Positions 11,030 through 21,596 are shown, numbered from the stretch's first letter. The stretch is DNA of 64,000 nucleotides from Acidobacteriota bacterium (GCA_016789645.1 JAEUQP010000041.1:1570-65569); one strand, 5' to 3'. Numbers and translations are program-made. The notes: generated by a model from the sequence alone, not told the origin.

Positions 11030-11812
11030 TCAGAAGGTGAGAGTGATATCTGTGCCGATGCGCGCAATGGCGACCGTGATGTTGTCATTGCCGCCGCGTT
11101 CGATGGCCAGGGCGACCAGAGCTTCGCAGGCGTGGGCGACTGGCGCGCATTGCGCCAGTCGGAAGATTTCTTCATCGCGCACCAGATTGGTCAATCCGTC
11201 CGTGCTGACAATGAACGTATCGCCTTCGATCAAGGAAATTGGTTGCGGCAACACATCGGGCAAAATCTGAGACCTCAGTCCGAGGGCGCGATCCAGCCAA
11301 TTGCGGTCGGGGTGATTGGCGGCTTCTTCTTCGGTAATCAGCCCGTCGTCGAGCATGCGCTGAGCGCGCGAATGGTCGCGCGTGAGCTGGCGAATGCGGT
11401 TGTCACGAACCAGGTACACCCGACTGTCGCCGACGTGAGCCACAAAGGCATTGTCATCGTTGATCGCCAACACCGCGCAGGTCGAACCCATTCCTTTGCA
11501 GTGGCGATCACGTTCCGACCGATTAAAGATCAACCGATTGGCTTCGGCGACGGCCAACGCCAGCCGGTCGTTGATCGAAAAGCCCGAACTCGCCGTGCTG
11601 AAAAAACTTTGGCGAATGGTCTGGACGGCCAGTTGACTGGCGATTTGCCCGCAAGCGACTCCGCCCAGCCCGTCGGCAACAATAATCAAATTGCAACCGT
11701 GGGTTTCGTCGCTGACGCAGGTGATCGAATCCTCGTTGTTTTTTCGCTCAAGTCCTATGTCTGTGCGATGAGCGATATTGATCTGGCGACGCATAGGAAA
11801 ATCAAAAGGCAA
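11030..11812 (-). CDS. PP2C-family Ser/Thr protein phosphatase
   Basis: Metal-binding motifs in PP2C order: DIGLERKNNEDS, VADGLGG, STDGL. Confidence 0.8.
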   Translation of the reverse strand: MPFDFPMRRQINIAHRTDIGLERKNNEDSITCVSDETHGCNLIIVADGLGGVACGQIASQLAVQTIRQSFFSTASSGFSINDRLALAVAEANRLIFNRSERDRHCKGMGSTCAVLAINDDNAFVAHVGDSRVYLVRDNRIRQLTRDHSRAQRMLDDGLITEEEAANHPDRNWLDRALGLRSQILPDVLPQPISLIEGDTFIVSTDGLTNLVRDEEIFRLAQCAPVAHACEALVALAIERGGNDNITVAIARIGTDITLTF

Positions 11813-11886
11813 CCATCAAAATCTTGACGAGGTTCCGGGCGGGCATCGGTTTGAGTGTTCGACGATTGCCTTTTGCTGGTTGATTG

Positions 11887-12945
11887 TTACCCGATGCGCT
11901 GTGCGGAAATGAAGGTCAGGATTGTGTTTCCCAACCGCACAGCGTCATAACTTTGAAGCGGATGAGCTTCGCTGATTTCGCGGCCATTGACGAAGGTGCC
12001 ATTGCGCGACAAATCATCTTTGATCAGAAAACGGCCATCGCGGTAAACGATGATTGCGTGCGATCCGCTGACAGTTTCGTCGTCAATCACAATGTCACAA
12101 ACGGGATTGGCTCCGATGCGGTTGTATCCGGCATGGATTCGAAAATCTTCGCCGTCAGGATTGCGATTGTACGAAACCAGCCATCCGACCAGTTTGCCTT
12201 TGCTGGAACGCTGCAGCCCAGCTTCATCGGCGACCAGAATTGTGCGCCGTTCCTCGTCACGGTTGACAGATACCGGAGTGGGAATCGGAGGCGCTGCGTA
12301 AGGGGGGAAATCTGCCGCATCATTGGAAATGACAGTTGCCGCCTGAGCCAACGGCGGTGGCGGTGGAGGAGGAGCCACCTGTTCCAGTGTTTCAGATTTG
12401 GCTTGAATGGTGATTGCCGGCATTTCAGCGATGGTGGTTTCAGCCAGATGAGAAATCATTTCCGTGGGGGCGGAGGTCTGTGTCGGCACGGATTTCGGCG
12501 TGTCCTGCTGGCCAAGCACTTCGGACAGGTCTATGCCGCCAATTTTGGTTTCAAACGCTTCCGGCCCGCTGCTCAATGGTTCAAAAGCCTGAGCCGCGCC
12601 CACTCGTGTTTCGAAGTTGGTGGCAAATGGTTCGGCATTGGTGGAGAAATCAGGAGCCACACTGGGTGTCGAAGCCACAACGACCGGATGCGCATTGGGA
12701 GGTTCGAAGGCTGTCACAGGCTCTTCGATGCGAGTGGCGAAATCGTTTGGAATTTCCTGTGCCGCCGCCGATTCCGGTTGCGGACAATAGGGGCAGTATT
12801 GGTAAACGGCGCTGTAGACGTGTCCCTGTGGACAGTTAATTAGCGAAGAAGTCGGCATCGAAGGGCGCGGAAAGGGGTTTCCGCAATTGCCACAAAACTT
12901 GGCTGTGTCCATGTTCTGGCTACGGCATACTGGGCAGCTCAGCAT
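11887..12945 (-). CDS. Zinc-ribbon + FHA-domain protein
   Basis: N-terminal CPVCRSQN...CGNCG zinc ribbon, a Pro-rich linker, and a C-terminal FHA domain (RIGANPVCDIVIDDETVSGSHAII...GRFLIKDDLSRNGTFVNG). Confidence 0.75.
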   Translation of the reverse strand: MLSCPVCRSQNMDTAKFCGNCGNPFPRPSMPTSSLINCPQGHVYSAVYQYCPYCPQPESAAAQEIPNDFATRIEEPVTAFEPPNAHPVVVASTPSVAPDFSTNAEPFATNFETRVGAAQAFEPLSSGPEAFETKIGGIDLSEVLGQQDTPKSVPTQTSAPTEMISHLAETTIAEMPAITIQAKSETLEQVAPPPPPPPLAQAATVISNDAADFPPYAAPPIPTPVSVNRDEERRTILVADEAGLQRSSKGKLVGWLVSYNRNPDGEDFRIHAGYNRIGANPVCDIVIDDETVSGSHAIIVYRDGRFLIKDDLSRNGTFVNGREISEAHPLQSYDAVRLGNTILTFISAQRIG

Positions 12946-13636
12946 TTGAATCGTCCTCCTAGAAACTCAATTATCATTATTGCTTCAACATTATTGCTTC
13001 AACTGACAACCAAAACGTGCCTGCCCATCCAAAAGTAAAGCCGCAGTCCAAGGTAACAATATTGGTCGGGGGATCAAGCACGAATGGGCGCATCTTAGCA
13101 TGAGCAAAGCAGTTTGCGAGCACAGTTTCTGGCTCACAAGGGAGCTCATCGTCTGTTTATCCGGGCTAAAAAAGCCATTGATCGCAGGAAAGAGCGTTTC
13201 GCCAATGACCGGTGCGATTCGATCACGTGTTCTGTGTGCGGAAAAGAGATTCAAGTTGACGGTAATCAGGGCTTTAAGTACACTCGCGACCGCCAGTGAA
13301 CGCTACTCACACCGGCATTGATTTCAACGAATCTCCTCACTTCAGCAGCAGTTTTTTGTGAATTTCGCTGCGGATACGTTGGAAAGCGTCGCTGACATTT
13401 TGAGCTTCTCGACTGAAATACGCGGTGGGAATTGACAGCCAATCGGGCTTGATTTCCCTGCTGTTTTTGAACCACGACGCTGGGCCTCATATACAAATTC
13501 GCCCCTGACGATCGTCAAGATCAACGTGCTTCGCGTTTGCAGACGCCAGGCGGCATCCTCAACATATAAATTTTCAATTTCGTTATTGCCAGGGCGACCA
13601 GAGAAAATACCCTGATCCAGGAGAGACATTTTTGAC

Positions 13637-16600
13637 ATGCCGATTTCACTTTTACCCTCACTCAAAGCCCGAACCAACTCTGCTGCTCGCATCATCATTG
13701 CCGTGTCATTGATTCTGATTTTTGGCTTTCCGTTGTTTGCGGTCTGGAAAACAACGCGCGCCGCCAAAGAAAATGGTCAGAGGGAGCAGTCGGCATCTCG
13801 CAGTGGGGCTGGCGAACGCCCGGCTACGGGTTATCGCAGTGCAAGCGGCAAACACAAACTTCGCGTGACCGACCCACAGCAAGCACGGGAATTGAAACGG
13901 CTGGGGGCGAAATTGGTGGCGGATTATGGCTCGTTTCAGGTGTTCACCGCCGACGAAACAATCGTTCGGACGATGAGCAAAGCTCGTGAGCTGATCTTTT
14001 CCGATGAAGACAATCTGGTTTTGCTCAATGTCGGGGCATTGGACACCACCAAGGAGGAACTCCAGCGACAGCGTGGCCGAGCCGCCAATCTGTCCGGCAG
14101 CGAAGCATCACTGCATCTGGTGCAATTTGCCGGGCCGATCAAACCGAATTGGATTGAGGAACTGGAAGCGACCGGCGTAGAAATCATCAATTACATCCCA
14201 AACAACGCCTACCTGGTGTTGGGGCTGGAACATCAACTCGCGCGACTTTCAGATTGGGCTGCCCGCGCCGAATATGTGCAATGGGATGGCGAGTACAAAA
14301 GCGAATACAAGATCGCTCCGGCAACCGCGGCTCAACTCCGCGACACACAATTGTTGCAAGACAACAACCAGCTTTTTGCCGTGCAACTGGCCAACGACGG
14401 AGCGGGCAATCAACTGACGCTCAGCACCATCAACAACCTCAAAACAGACCAGATTCGCAGCCAATACAGCGTGCTGAAATTCATCAACATCATTGTTCAA
14501 TTGCCGGTGTTGTCGGTTGACCGGCAACTGGCGGCGCGCCCGGACGTCATTTCGATTGCGAAGTACGTTGTGCCGGAAAAATTCGATGAGCGACAGAATG
14601 TCATCATGACGGGCAATCTGACGGGAAATTCGCCCACGCCGAGCAATTATCTGACCTTCCTGACCAATCAAGGGTTCAATCAGACTCAGTTCAACACGTC
14701 GGGATTTGCGGTGAACGTGGTTGACAGCGGCATTGATAACGCAACGATTTCGCCAAATCACTTCGCCTTGTACACGGGCGGACTGACGACCAACCCCAGC
14801 CGCGTGGTGTTCAATCGTCTGGAAGGGACTCCGAATGGAGCCAACAGCACATTGCTGGGATGTGATGGCCACGGAAACATCAATGCGCACATCATCGGCG
14901 GATTTATTCCGGATGGTTCGCCCTTCAACGCCTTTCCGCACGCAGATGCCAGCGGATTTCGTTACGGGCTGGGCGTCGCTCCGTTTGTTCGGCTTGGCTC
15001 GACGGTGATTTTCGATCCGAACGTGTATACCTTTCCCAACCTGACGGCGATTGAATCGCGCGCATACAACGACAATGCCCGCATCAGCAGCAACAGTTGG
15101 GGATCGAATGTCGGCGGAGCTTATACGATTGATTCGCAGACGTATGACGCGTTGGTGCGCGATTCGCAGCCGACCGGAGCGCCATTCACCCAGGCTGGCA
15201 ATCAGGAAATGGTGATTGTGTTTTCGGCGGGGAATCAGGGTCCGTCTTCCAGTTCAATTGGATCACCGGGAACAGCCAAAAACGTCATCACCGTCGGCGC
15301 AGCGGAGAATGTGCAAGCGATTGGCGGAGCCGATGGATGTAACATTTCCGATACCGGCGCGGACAACGCGAACGACATCATCAGCTTTTCCAGCCGAGGT
15401 CCGACCACAGACGGACGCCGTAAACCGGAAATTGTCGCTCCGGGAACGCACATCACCGGCGGAGTCGCGCAGGCCAGCAATCCCGCAGCCACCGGAACAG
15501 CGAATCCCTGTTACACCGGCAACGGAATTTGCGGAGGAGTTTCTGGCGCCAATTTTTTCCCCAGCGGCCAACAGTTTTATTCGGCGTCGTCGGGAACCAG
15601 TCATTCGGCTCCGGCTGTGGCTGGAGCGGCGGCATTGGTGCGGCAACGGTTCATCAATGCCAGTTTGTCAGCGCCAAGCCCTGCCATGACCAAAGCCGTG
15701 CTGATGAATTCGGCCCGATATATGACCGGCGCTGGCGCAAACGATTCGTTGTGGTCTTTTGTGCAAGGCATGGGCGAAGTGAATCTGACGACGGCGATGG
15801 AACTGTTTTCGACTCCATCGGTTTTGCGCGATCAAAACGCCGGAGACATGTTCACGGCGACAGGGCAATCCCGAACCTTCACCGGCACGGTTTCCAGTCC
15901 CGGCCAACCGTTTCGCGTCACGCTGGCCTGGACGGATGCGCCGGGCTCGACGACTGGCAACGCATTCGTCAACAACCTGGATTTGGAAGTCACTGTCGGC
16001 GGGCAAACATACAAAGGCAACGTGTTCAACGGCGCGAATTCCACAACGGGCGGCGTGGCCGATCCGCGGAATAATGCCGAAAGCGTGTTTATTCCGGCGG
16101 GCGTCAGCGGGACATATACCGTCCGGGTGATAGCCGCAAACATCGCCGGAGACGGCGTGCCGAATGTCGGCGGAGCGCTCGATCAGGATTTTGCGTTGGT
16201 TATCAGCAACGCCACTTCAAGTCCATTGCCGGTCATTTCGCCGGCCAGTTTGGCGATTACGGCGGAAAGTTGTGGAACCGGCAATAACGCTGTGGATCCT
16301 GGCGAAACCGTGACGGTGAATCTGGCGCTGCAAAACGTCGGGAACGCCGACACGACCAATCTGGTCGCCACATTGCAAACCGGCGGAGGCGTCATCAATC
16401 CCAGCGCTGCACAAAATTACGGCGCGATGATCGCCGGAGGGACCAGCGTGTCGCGGCCTTTTACGTTCACTGCTTCGGGAACCTGCGGCGGAACGATCTC
16501 GGCGACGCTGGATTTGCAGGACGGCGCAACAAATTTGGGAACGGTGACATACACATTCAGGTTGGGAGCGATTTTGGAAAGTACGATGTCGTTTTCCAAC

Positions 16601-18826
16601 ACCGGCTCGATCATGATTCCGAATGGAGCGCCCGGTTCGACTTCAGGCAATGCCTTGCCTTACCCGTCGCAAATTACGGTGTCAGGAATGACCGGCACGA
16701 TCGCCAAAGTCACGGTTACGTTCAACGGACTCAATCACACGTTCCCGGACGATATGGATGTTTTGCTGGTCAGCCCCGGAGGACAAGCCGTGATGCTGAT
16801 GTCCGACGCCGGAGGGCCAACCGACATCATCAATGCCAACATTACGTTTGATGACACTGCGGCGGCGGTTCCGGACTCGACGGCCATCACAACCGGAACG
16901 TACGCTCCGGCGGATTACGGCGGAACTACTGATATGTTCGCTTCCCCGGCGCCGATTGGGCCCTATTCGGCTTCGCTGTCGGCGTTCAACGGTTTTTCGG
17001 GCAATGGCGTTTGGTCGCTGTACATTGTGGACGATGCCGACAGTGAAAGCGGCAGCATCACAGGTGGCTGGACATTGAACATCACAACAGGAATTCCTGC
17101 TTGTTGTGCGCCAACCTGTCCGACGATCACGGTCAATCCGCCGACGCTGAACAGCGCGCCGCAGGGAGTTCCTTATTCCCAGACCTTCACGCAGAACGGT
17201 GGCGTGGCTCCGGTGTCCTTTGGCATTACGGGAACAATTCCCCCGGGATTGAGTTTTTCCGGCGCAACGCTGAGCGGGACGCCGACCGTGATGGGAACGT
17301 ACAACTTTACGATTTCGGCGGTGGACGCCAATGGTTGTGTGGGCGGCACCACTTATTCGCTGATGATTACCTGCCCAACGATCACATTGAATCCGCCGAC
17401 ATTGCCAAACGGAATCGTCGGCAAAGTGTACAGCCAGCAATTGAGCCAGACCGGAGGAACAACTCCGGTTACGTTCTCGCAAATTTCAGGTACCTTGCCG
17501 ACCGGCGTGACGCTCAGCAACTCCGGATTGTTATCCGGGACCCCGACGGCCAGTGGCACGTTCAATTTCACACTTCAGGTCACGGATGCAACCAACTGTC
17601 CCGGCACGCGAGCCTATTCGGTGACGATTTCACGGTTGCAGTTTTATCCCTTGGCTTCGCCGATTCGATTGCTGGATACGCGCGTTGGCGAACCCGGATG
17701 CGATTCGCCCGGCGCGAAGATTCCCGGCGGGACTTCGCGTACACAAACTGCGCGACGCACTTGTAGCGGCCAGACGATCCCGGCCAACGCCATGGCAATC
17801 ACTGGAAACATCACGACGGTGGAATCCGGCGGTGGATTCCTGACGCTGTATCCCAGCGACGTGAGCCAGCCGACCGTGGCCAATTCCAATTTTCTGCCGA
17901 ACGAAATCATCAACAACGTCTTCACCGTCGGTTTGGGCGAACCGGATGGCGCGTTCAAGATTTTTGTCACTTCGAACACGGACGTAGTGATTGATGTCAC
18001 GGGGTATTACGCTCCGCCGGGAACGGGCGGGTTGTATTTCCATCCGCTGCCGAAACCGCTGCGATTGCTGGAAACGCGGCAGAGCTTCAACGGATGCAAT
18101 ACGCCGGCAACGCCGATTCCTGCTGGCACGGACGTTACGCAACTGGCTCCGATCACTTGCGATGGGGTGACCATTCCGGCGACGGCTACGGCGATCGTCG
18201 GCAATGCCACTGTGGTCAACAATGTCAGCGGTGGGTTCCTGACCTTGTTCCCGGCCAACGTCACCCGGCCCTTGGTGGCCAATTCCAATTTCACGCCGGG
18301 GCAAATCATGAATGCGCCGTTTACGGTGGGATTGTCGCCGACAGGACAATTCAAGATTTATTCGACGACGGTGACGGATTTGGTGATTGATGTGTTGGGG
18401 TATTACAGCACCGATGCCACGGACGTGAACGGTGCAGGTCTCAGCTTTACCTCGTTGCCGCGTCCCGTGCGATTGCTCGAAACACGACCGACATATTCGG
18501 GCTGCACATCGCTGGGCGCGCCAATTCCATCCATGGGAATGCTGACGCAGGTAGCGCGCGGAACGTGTGACGGCATGGTGGTTGCCAACTCTGCATTGGC
18601 GATTGTTGGCAATGCGACGGTGGTTGATCCGGGGGGAATCGGCTTTTTGACCTTCTGGCCGGGCAATGTGCTGCAACCCACCGTTGCCACGTCGAATTTC
18701 ACAACCGGCCAGATTTTCAATCGCCACTTTATTGTTGGTCTGGGATCGTCAGACGGCGCCTTCAAGATTTTCTCGTCCGTGACGACCCATCTGGTGGTGG
18801 ATGTTTCCGGCTATTTTGCGCCGTGA
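13637..18826 (+). CDS. Giant secreted subtilisin-like (S8) serine protease with P-domain, Ig-like domains and three tandem ~130-aa C-terminal repeats
   Basis: N-terminal TM/signal; S8 catalytic motifs (VVDSGID; GCDGHGNINAHIIGG; SGTSHSAPAVAGAAALV); a proprotein-convertase-like P-domain (LNHTFPDDMDVLLVSPGGQAVMLMSDAGG); two putative Ig domains (LP.G..LS..GLLSGTPT); three repeats each containing RLLDTR. Confidence 0.85.
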   Translation: MPISLLPSLKARTNSAARIIIAVSLILIFGFPLFAVWKTTRAAKENGQREQSASRSGAGERPATGYRSASGKHKLRVTDPQQARELKRLGAKLVADYGSFQVFTADETIVRTMSKARELIFSDEDNLVLLNVGALDTTKEELQRQRGRAANLSGSEASLHLVQFAGPIKPNWIEELEATGVEIINYIPNNAYLVLGLEHQLARLSDWAARAEYVQWDGEYKSEYKIAPATAAQLRDTQLLQDNNQLFAVQLANDGAGNQLTLSTINNLKTDQIRSQYSVLKFINIIVQLPVLSVDRQLAARPDVISIAKYVVPEKFDERQNVIMTGNLTGNSPTPSNYLTFLTNQGFNQTQFNTSGFAVNVVDSGIDNATISPNHFALYTGGLTTNPSRVVFNRLEGTPNGANSTLLGCDGHGNINAHIIGGFIPDGSPFNAFPHADASGFRYGLGVAPFVRLGSTVIFDPNVYTFPNLTAIESRAYNDNARISSNSWGSNVGGAYTIDSQTYDALVRDSQPTGAPFTQAGNQEMVIVFSAGNQGPSSSSIGSPGTAKNVITVGAAENVQAIGGADGCNISDTGADNANDIISFSSRGPTTDGRRKPEIVAPGTHITGGVAQASNPAATGTANPCYTGNGICGGVSGANFFPSGQQFYSASSGTSHSAPAVAGAAALVRQRFINASLSAPSPAMTKAVLMNSARYMTGAGANDSLWSFVQGMGEVNLTTAMELFSTPSVLRDQNAGDMFTATGQSRTFTGTVSSPGQPFRVTLAWTDAPGSTTGNAFVNNLDLEVTVGGQTYKGNVFNGANSTTGGVADPRNNAESVFIPAGVSGTYTVRVIAANIAGDGVPNVGGALDQDFALVISNATSSPLPVISPASLAITAESCGTGNNAVDPGETVTVNLALQNVGNADTTNLVATLQTGGGVINPSAAQNYGAMIAGGTSVSRPFTFTASGTCGGTISATLDLQDGATNLGTVTYTFRLGAILESTMSFSNTGSIMIPNGAPGSTSGNALPYPSQITVSGMTGTIAKVTVTFNGLNHTFPDDMDVLLVSPGGQAVMLMSDAGGPTDIINANITFDDTAAAVPDSTAITTGTYAPADYGGTTDMFASPAPIGPYSASLSAFNGFSGNGVWSLYIVDDADSESGSITGGWTLNITTGIPACCAPTCPTITVNPPTLNSAPQGVPYSQTFTQNGGVAPVSFGITGTIPPGLSFSGATLSGTPTVMGTYNFTISAVDANGCVGGTTYSLMITCPTITLNPPTLPNGIVGKVYSQQLSQTGGTTPVTFSQISGTLPTGVTLSNSGLLSGTPTASGTFNFTLQVTDATNCPGTRAYSVTISRLQFYPLASPIRLLDTRVGEPGCDSPGAKIPGGTSRTQTARRTCSGQTIPANAMAITGNITTVESGGGFLTLYPSDVSQPTVANSNFLPNEIINNVFTVGLGEPDGAFKIFVTSNTDVVIDVTGYYAPPGTGGLYFHPLPKPLRLLETRQSFNGCNTPATPIPAGTDVTQLAPITCDGVTIPATATAIVGNATVVNNVSGGFLTLFPANVTRPLVANSNFTPGQIMNAPFTVGLSPTGQFKIYSTTVTDLVIDVLGYYSTDATDVNGAGLSFTSLPRPVRLLETRPTYSGCTSLGAPIPSMGMLTQVARGTCDGMVVANSALAIVGNATVVDPGGIGFLTFWPGNVLQPTVATSNFTTGQIFNRHFIVGLGSSDGAFKIFSSVTTHLVVDVSGYFAP
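17630..18823 (+). repeat. Three tandem ~390-bp coding repeats (~130-aa RLLDTR/RLLETR...GYY domain) at the 3' end of the S8 protease gene
   Basis: Protein-level repeats FYPLASPIRLLDTR...VIDVTGYYAP / YFHPLPKPLRLLETR...VIDVLGYYS / SFTSLPRPVRLLETR...VVDVSGYFAP; each has two conserved Cys and a GGFLT(L/F) motif. Confidence 0.7.
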
Positions 18827-18849
18827 GGCGGCAATCAATTCGCACATGC

Positions 18850-18902
18850 AAAACCGGCCTCCATCAGGATTTTGATCAATCCTGATGGAGGCCGGTTTTT
18901 TT
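18850..18902. terminator. Bidirectional rho-independent terminator
   Basis: Perfect ~21-bp stem AAAACCGGCCTCCATCAGGATT with loop TTGATCA, flanked by A-run and T-run; sits between the convergent protease gene and the glycan operon. Confidence 0.7.
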
Positions 18903-18921
18903 GAACTCTGAAGCTTGGCAG

Positions 18922-19509
18922 TTAAAACGGAGCCAGCAGCCGGTGCAATCGGGCGCGAACTTTGTGTTTGAGTTTTCCTCGCCATCCGTGAATCGGTTTG
19001 CGAAACACGCCGACCGTATCGCCCCAAGCGGCGCTCGCCTGATCTTCGTGGAGGCCCCAATCCGTGCCGGATTCGATCAATTCCAGCTTGGCGTATTTGG
19101 CCAGTGCGCGAAATCCATCGGGATAATAGCGCCAGCAATCCACCGGATATCCGTGTTCCGGTCCGCGCGACGGCGCGATCAAGAACACGTAACCGCCGGG
19201 TTTTAACACGCGCTCGATTTCGATCCAGGTCAGCCAGAAAAATTCGATGTGTTCAAAGGCCTGCCCGGAAATGACCACATCGGCGTGTTCATCCGGCAAT
19301 GGCAATTGGTAAGGCGAACTCAGCACCAGATCAACATTCGGCCCGGCGGCCAAATCTATTCCGGTGTAGCTCCATTTCGGAGAAGTCAGCAGCGATTGGT
19401 AACTGCCATTCACGTCGTAACTGCCGATGTCCAAAATCGTCAGTTCGGTGTCGTGAACCAGATACTGTTGAATCAGTCGCTCCATGTGCTGCATGGAACT
19501 GAAATGCAT
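18922..19509 (-). CDS. Class I SAM-dependent methyltransferase
   Basis: Rossmann motif ILDIGSYDVNG and motif LKPGGYVFLIAP; 195 aa. Confidence 0.7.
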   Translation of the reverse strand: MHFSSMQHMERLIQQYLVHDTELTILDIGSYDVNGSYQSLLTSPKWSYTGIDLAAGPNVDLVLSSPYQLPLPDEHADVVISGQAFEHIEFFWLTWIEIERVLKPGGYVFLIAPSRGPEHGYPVDCWRYYPDGFRALAKYAKLELIESGTDWGLHEDQASAAWGDTVGVFRKPIHGWRGKLKHKVRARLHRLLAPF

Positions 19510-19560
19510 GTCTTGGGTCTCCTGTTGTTGCTTGCCTTGTGGACTGCCGCGCCTGACTGC

Positions 19561-20517
19561 TCAACCTCGGAGAGAGCTTTTGATCTGCCAGAATCGTTCG
19601 ACGAATTTCCAGGCTTTGCTGTTGACGAGGCTGTCGAGTTGCGCGGTTAAGTTGCCAATCGTCGCTTCGGCGGTTTCGTTGGCTTTTTCAAGTTCGATGA
19701 TTCTGGCCTGCTGATTCGCCAGTGTCTGGTTGAGCGTCTGCGATTGGGTGACGGCTTCGTTCAATCGGAAGTTCAAATCGTGGATGCTGTCTTCCAGCCG
19801 TTTGATGTGGCCTTGGTTAAACACGCGCCGTCCCAATTGAAAGAAAAACTCACGCACAATGGCCTGCTCTTCTGGCGTCGCCCGAAAGAGCGCCTGCAGA
19901 TCGGCGGATTCGACTTCGCCAACGGCCAGCACGCCCAATCCGTGTCCGTGCAAAAATTCAAAGCTGGGATAAGCAACTTTGAGTTCCGCCCACAACCGAT
20001 ACACGCCGAAATCCGCTTCGCGGACATTGGTATCGTGAAACAGCACAATGCCTCGCGGGCTGAGTTTCGGCAGCCAGCTTTCAAAATCGTGCCGAACCGC
20101 TTCGTACGTATGCAGTCCGTCAATGTGCAGCAAATCCGTCGAACCATCGGGAATTTGCGCCAACGCTTCGTCGAAGGTGCAGCGTAACAATCGTGAAAAC
20201 CCGCTGTACCGCGGATCGTGATGCTCGCGAAGATTCGCCAGAATGTCTTCGCCATAAAACCCGCTGTGTTTGTCGCCCTGCCACGTGTCCACGGCATAAC
20301 ACTGCGCTTCCAGCCCCAGAGTTTTGATCGTCTGGCAAAACGCGCAATACGAATCGCCCAGGTAACTGCCCAGTTCGACCACAAACCGCGGCTTGTGTGC
20401 GCTGACCATGAACATCGCAAACGGAATATGTTCCTGCCAGGAGGTGACGCTTGATATTCGTTCCGGAGTGGCAAAGCACAGCGGATGATTCATTGGGTTG
20501 AAGGAAAAGCTCATAAG
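19561..20517 (-). CDS. Class I SAM-dependent methyltransferase (Methyltransf_24/CmcI-like) with C-terminal coiled coil
   Basis: VVELGSYLGDS...LLHIDGLHTYEAV...IVLFHDT motifs; start taken at the internal ATG (MSFSFNP) to avoid a 67-nt overlap with the upstream GT2. Confidence 0.6.
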   Translation of the reverse strand, partial: LMSFSFNPMNHPLCFATPERISSVTSWQEHIPFAMFMVSAHKPRFVVELGSYLGDSYCAFCQTIKTLGLEAQCYAVDTWQGDKHSGFYGEDILANLREHHDPRYSGFSRLLRCTFDEALAQIPDGSTDLLHIDGLHTYEAVRHDFESWLPKLSPRGIVLFHDTNVREADFGVYRLWAELKVAYPSFEFLHGHGLGVLAVGEVESADLQALFRATPEEQAIVREFFFQLGRRVFNQGHIKRLEDSIHDLNFRLNEAVTQSQTLNQTLANQQARIIELEKANETAEATIGNLTAQLDSLVNSKAWKFVERFWQIKSSLRG

Positions 20518-20525
20518 TGTGGTTT

Positions 20526-21596
20526 TCAAAGGGAAGCAATCGGTCGTTTGGCGGCAAGCCAGCACTTGAATCGTGAGAGAAAACGCCAACAAATTCCTAG
20601 CAGGACATGAAACTCAGCGCCGCCTGTCAGGTTTGCGGAGTCTCCGCGCTTTACTCCGCTTATTGTTAGCCAGATCGCTGAGAGCGGGGAAGCATCCAGC
20701 TTGGCCATCCGGCGAATCGCAAATCGTTTTTGTCTTGCCAGCGTTTTTCCGCAGCGAACTTCCAGGACTCGCGCCAAACCGGCGATTTTCAAGACTTGAT
20801 TGAAATAAATCTGTCTTGCCATCTCCCATCCTTCGGCGGTTTTCAGCCTGGGTAAATCGTTATAAAACGTTGTCAGCGAAAGAGGGCGCGCCCCCACAGG
20901 CTCACCAAATCCCGTGACATTTTGATCGTGTTGAATGTAATCGTAGAGCGGACGATTGACCCACTTCAATTTTCCGGCGGCCAACGCCACACAGGCAATC
21001 CAATGATCGTGATGCAAGTCGCCAATTCTATTTGGCAGCGGCAACGCAAGCTCCAGGACGCTACGTCTGAAAACGGCGCTCGCGCCGGTAACGGAGTTGG
21101 TCAACAGCATTGCCGCCAGATCAGTGCAATTATGCAGTCGCTGAACCCAGAAGGTTTCGGAAATTGTTTTGCCCGCTGCGTTCACGATTCGCATATCACT
21201 GTAAACCAGCGTGGTCTCATCGTCGAAATTCGAGAGCAGAGTTTCCAGCTTGTCCGAATACCAAAAATCATCCTGGTCAGCCAACGCCACGTATTCGGCT
21301 TCTTCCGGGATAAGTGATAACGCGCGCTCAAAATTGTAGTAAAAGCCCAGCCGTTGCGGTGCAACCGAAAGAACGAAACGATTATCCGCCCTGATGATCT
21401 TTTTCATTTCGGCCAGCGTTTCGCCCGCTGAGCAGTCGTCGCTGATCACGCAACGCCAATTGCGATAGCTTTGCGCTTTGAGCGATTCGATTTGCGAGGC
21501 AAAGGCAGGTATTCCGGGATTGTAAGTCGCCATTGCCACCGCAATCAGCGGCTGAATCGGTTTAGCCAGTGATGAGTTCTCTGCAGTGTTCATCAA
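20526..21596 (-). CDS. Glycosyltransferase family 2
   Basis: GT-A motifs: IAVAMATYNPG, ISDDCSAGET, DQDD. Confidence 0.75.
   Translation of the reverse strand: MMNTAENSSLAKPIQPLIAVAMATYNPGIPAFASQIESLKAQSYRNWRCVISDDCSAGETLAEMKKIIRADNRFVLSVAPQRLGFYYNFERALSLIPEEAEYVALADQDDFWYSDKLETLLSNFDDETTLVYSDMRIVNAAGKTISETFWVQRLHNCTDLAAMLLTNSVTGASAVFRRSVLELALPLPNRIGDLHHDHWIACVALAAGKLKWVNRPLYDYIQHDQNVTGFGEPVGARPLSLTTFYNDLPRLKTAEGWEMARQIYFNQVLKIAGLARVLEVRCGKTLARQKRFAIRRMAKLDASPLSAIWLTISGVKRGDSANLTGGAEFHVLLGICWRFLSRFKCWLAAKRPIASL

Noticed and set aside
13342-13767. 141-aa minus-strand ORF upstream of the protease gene
   Set aside because: Overlaps the protease start and signal region; no ribosome-binding site or motif; likely non-coding leader.
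17630-18727. 365-aa minus-strand ORF and several 100-200-aa ORFs inside the protease gene
   Set aside because: They lie within the S8 protease coding region on the opposite strand or in alternate frames; Arg-rich artefacts.
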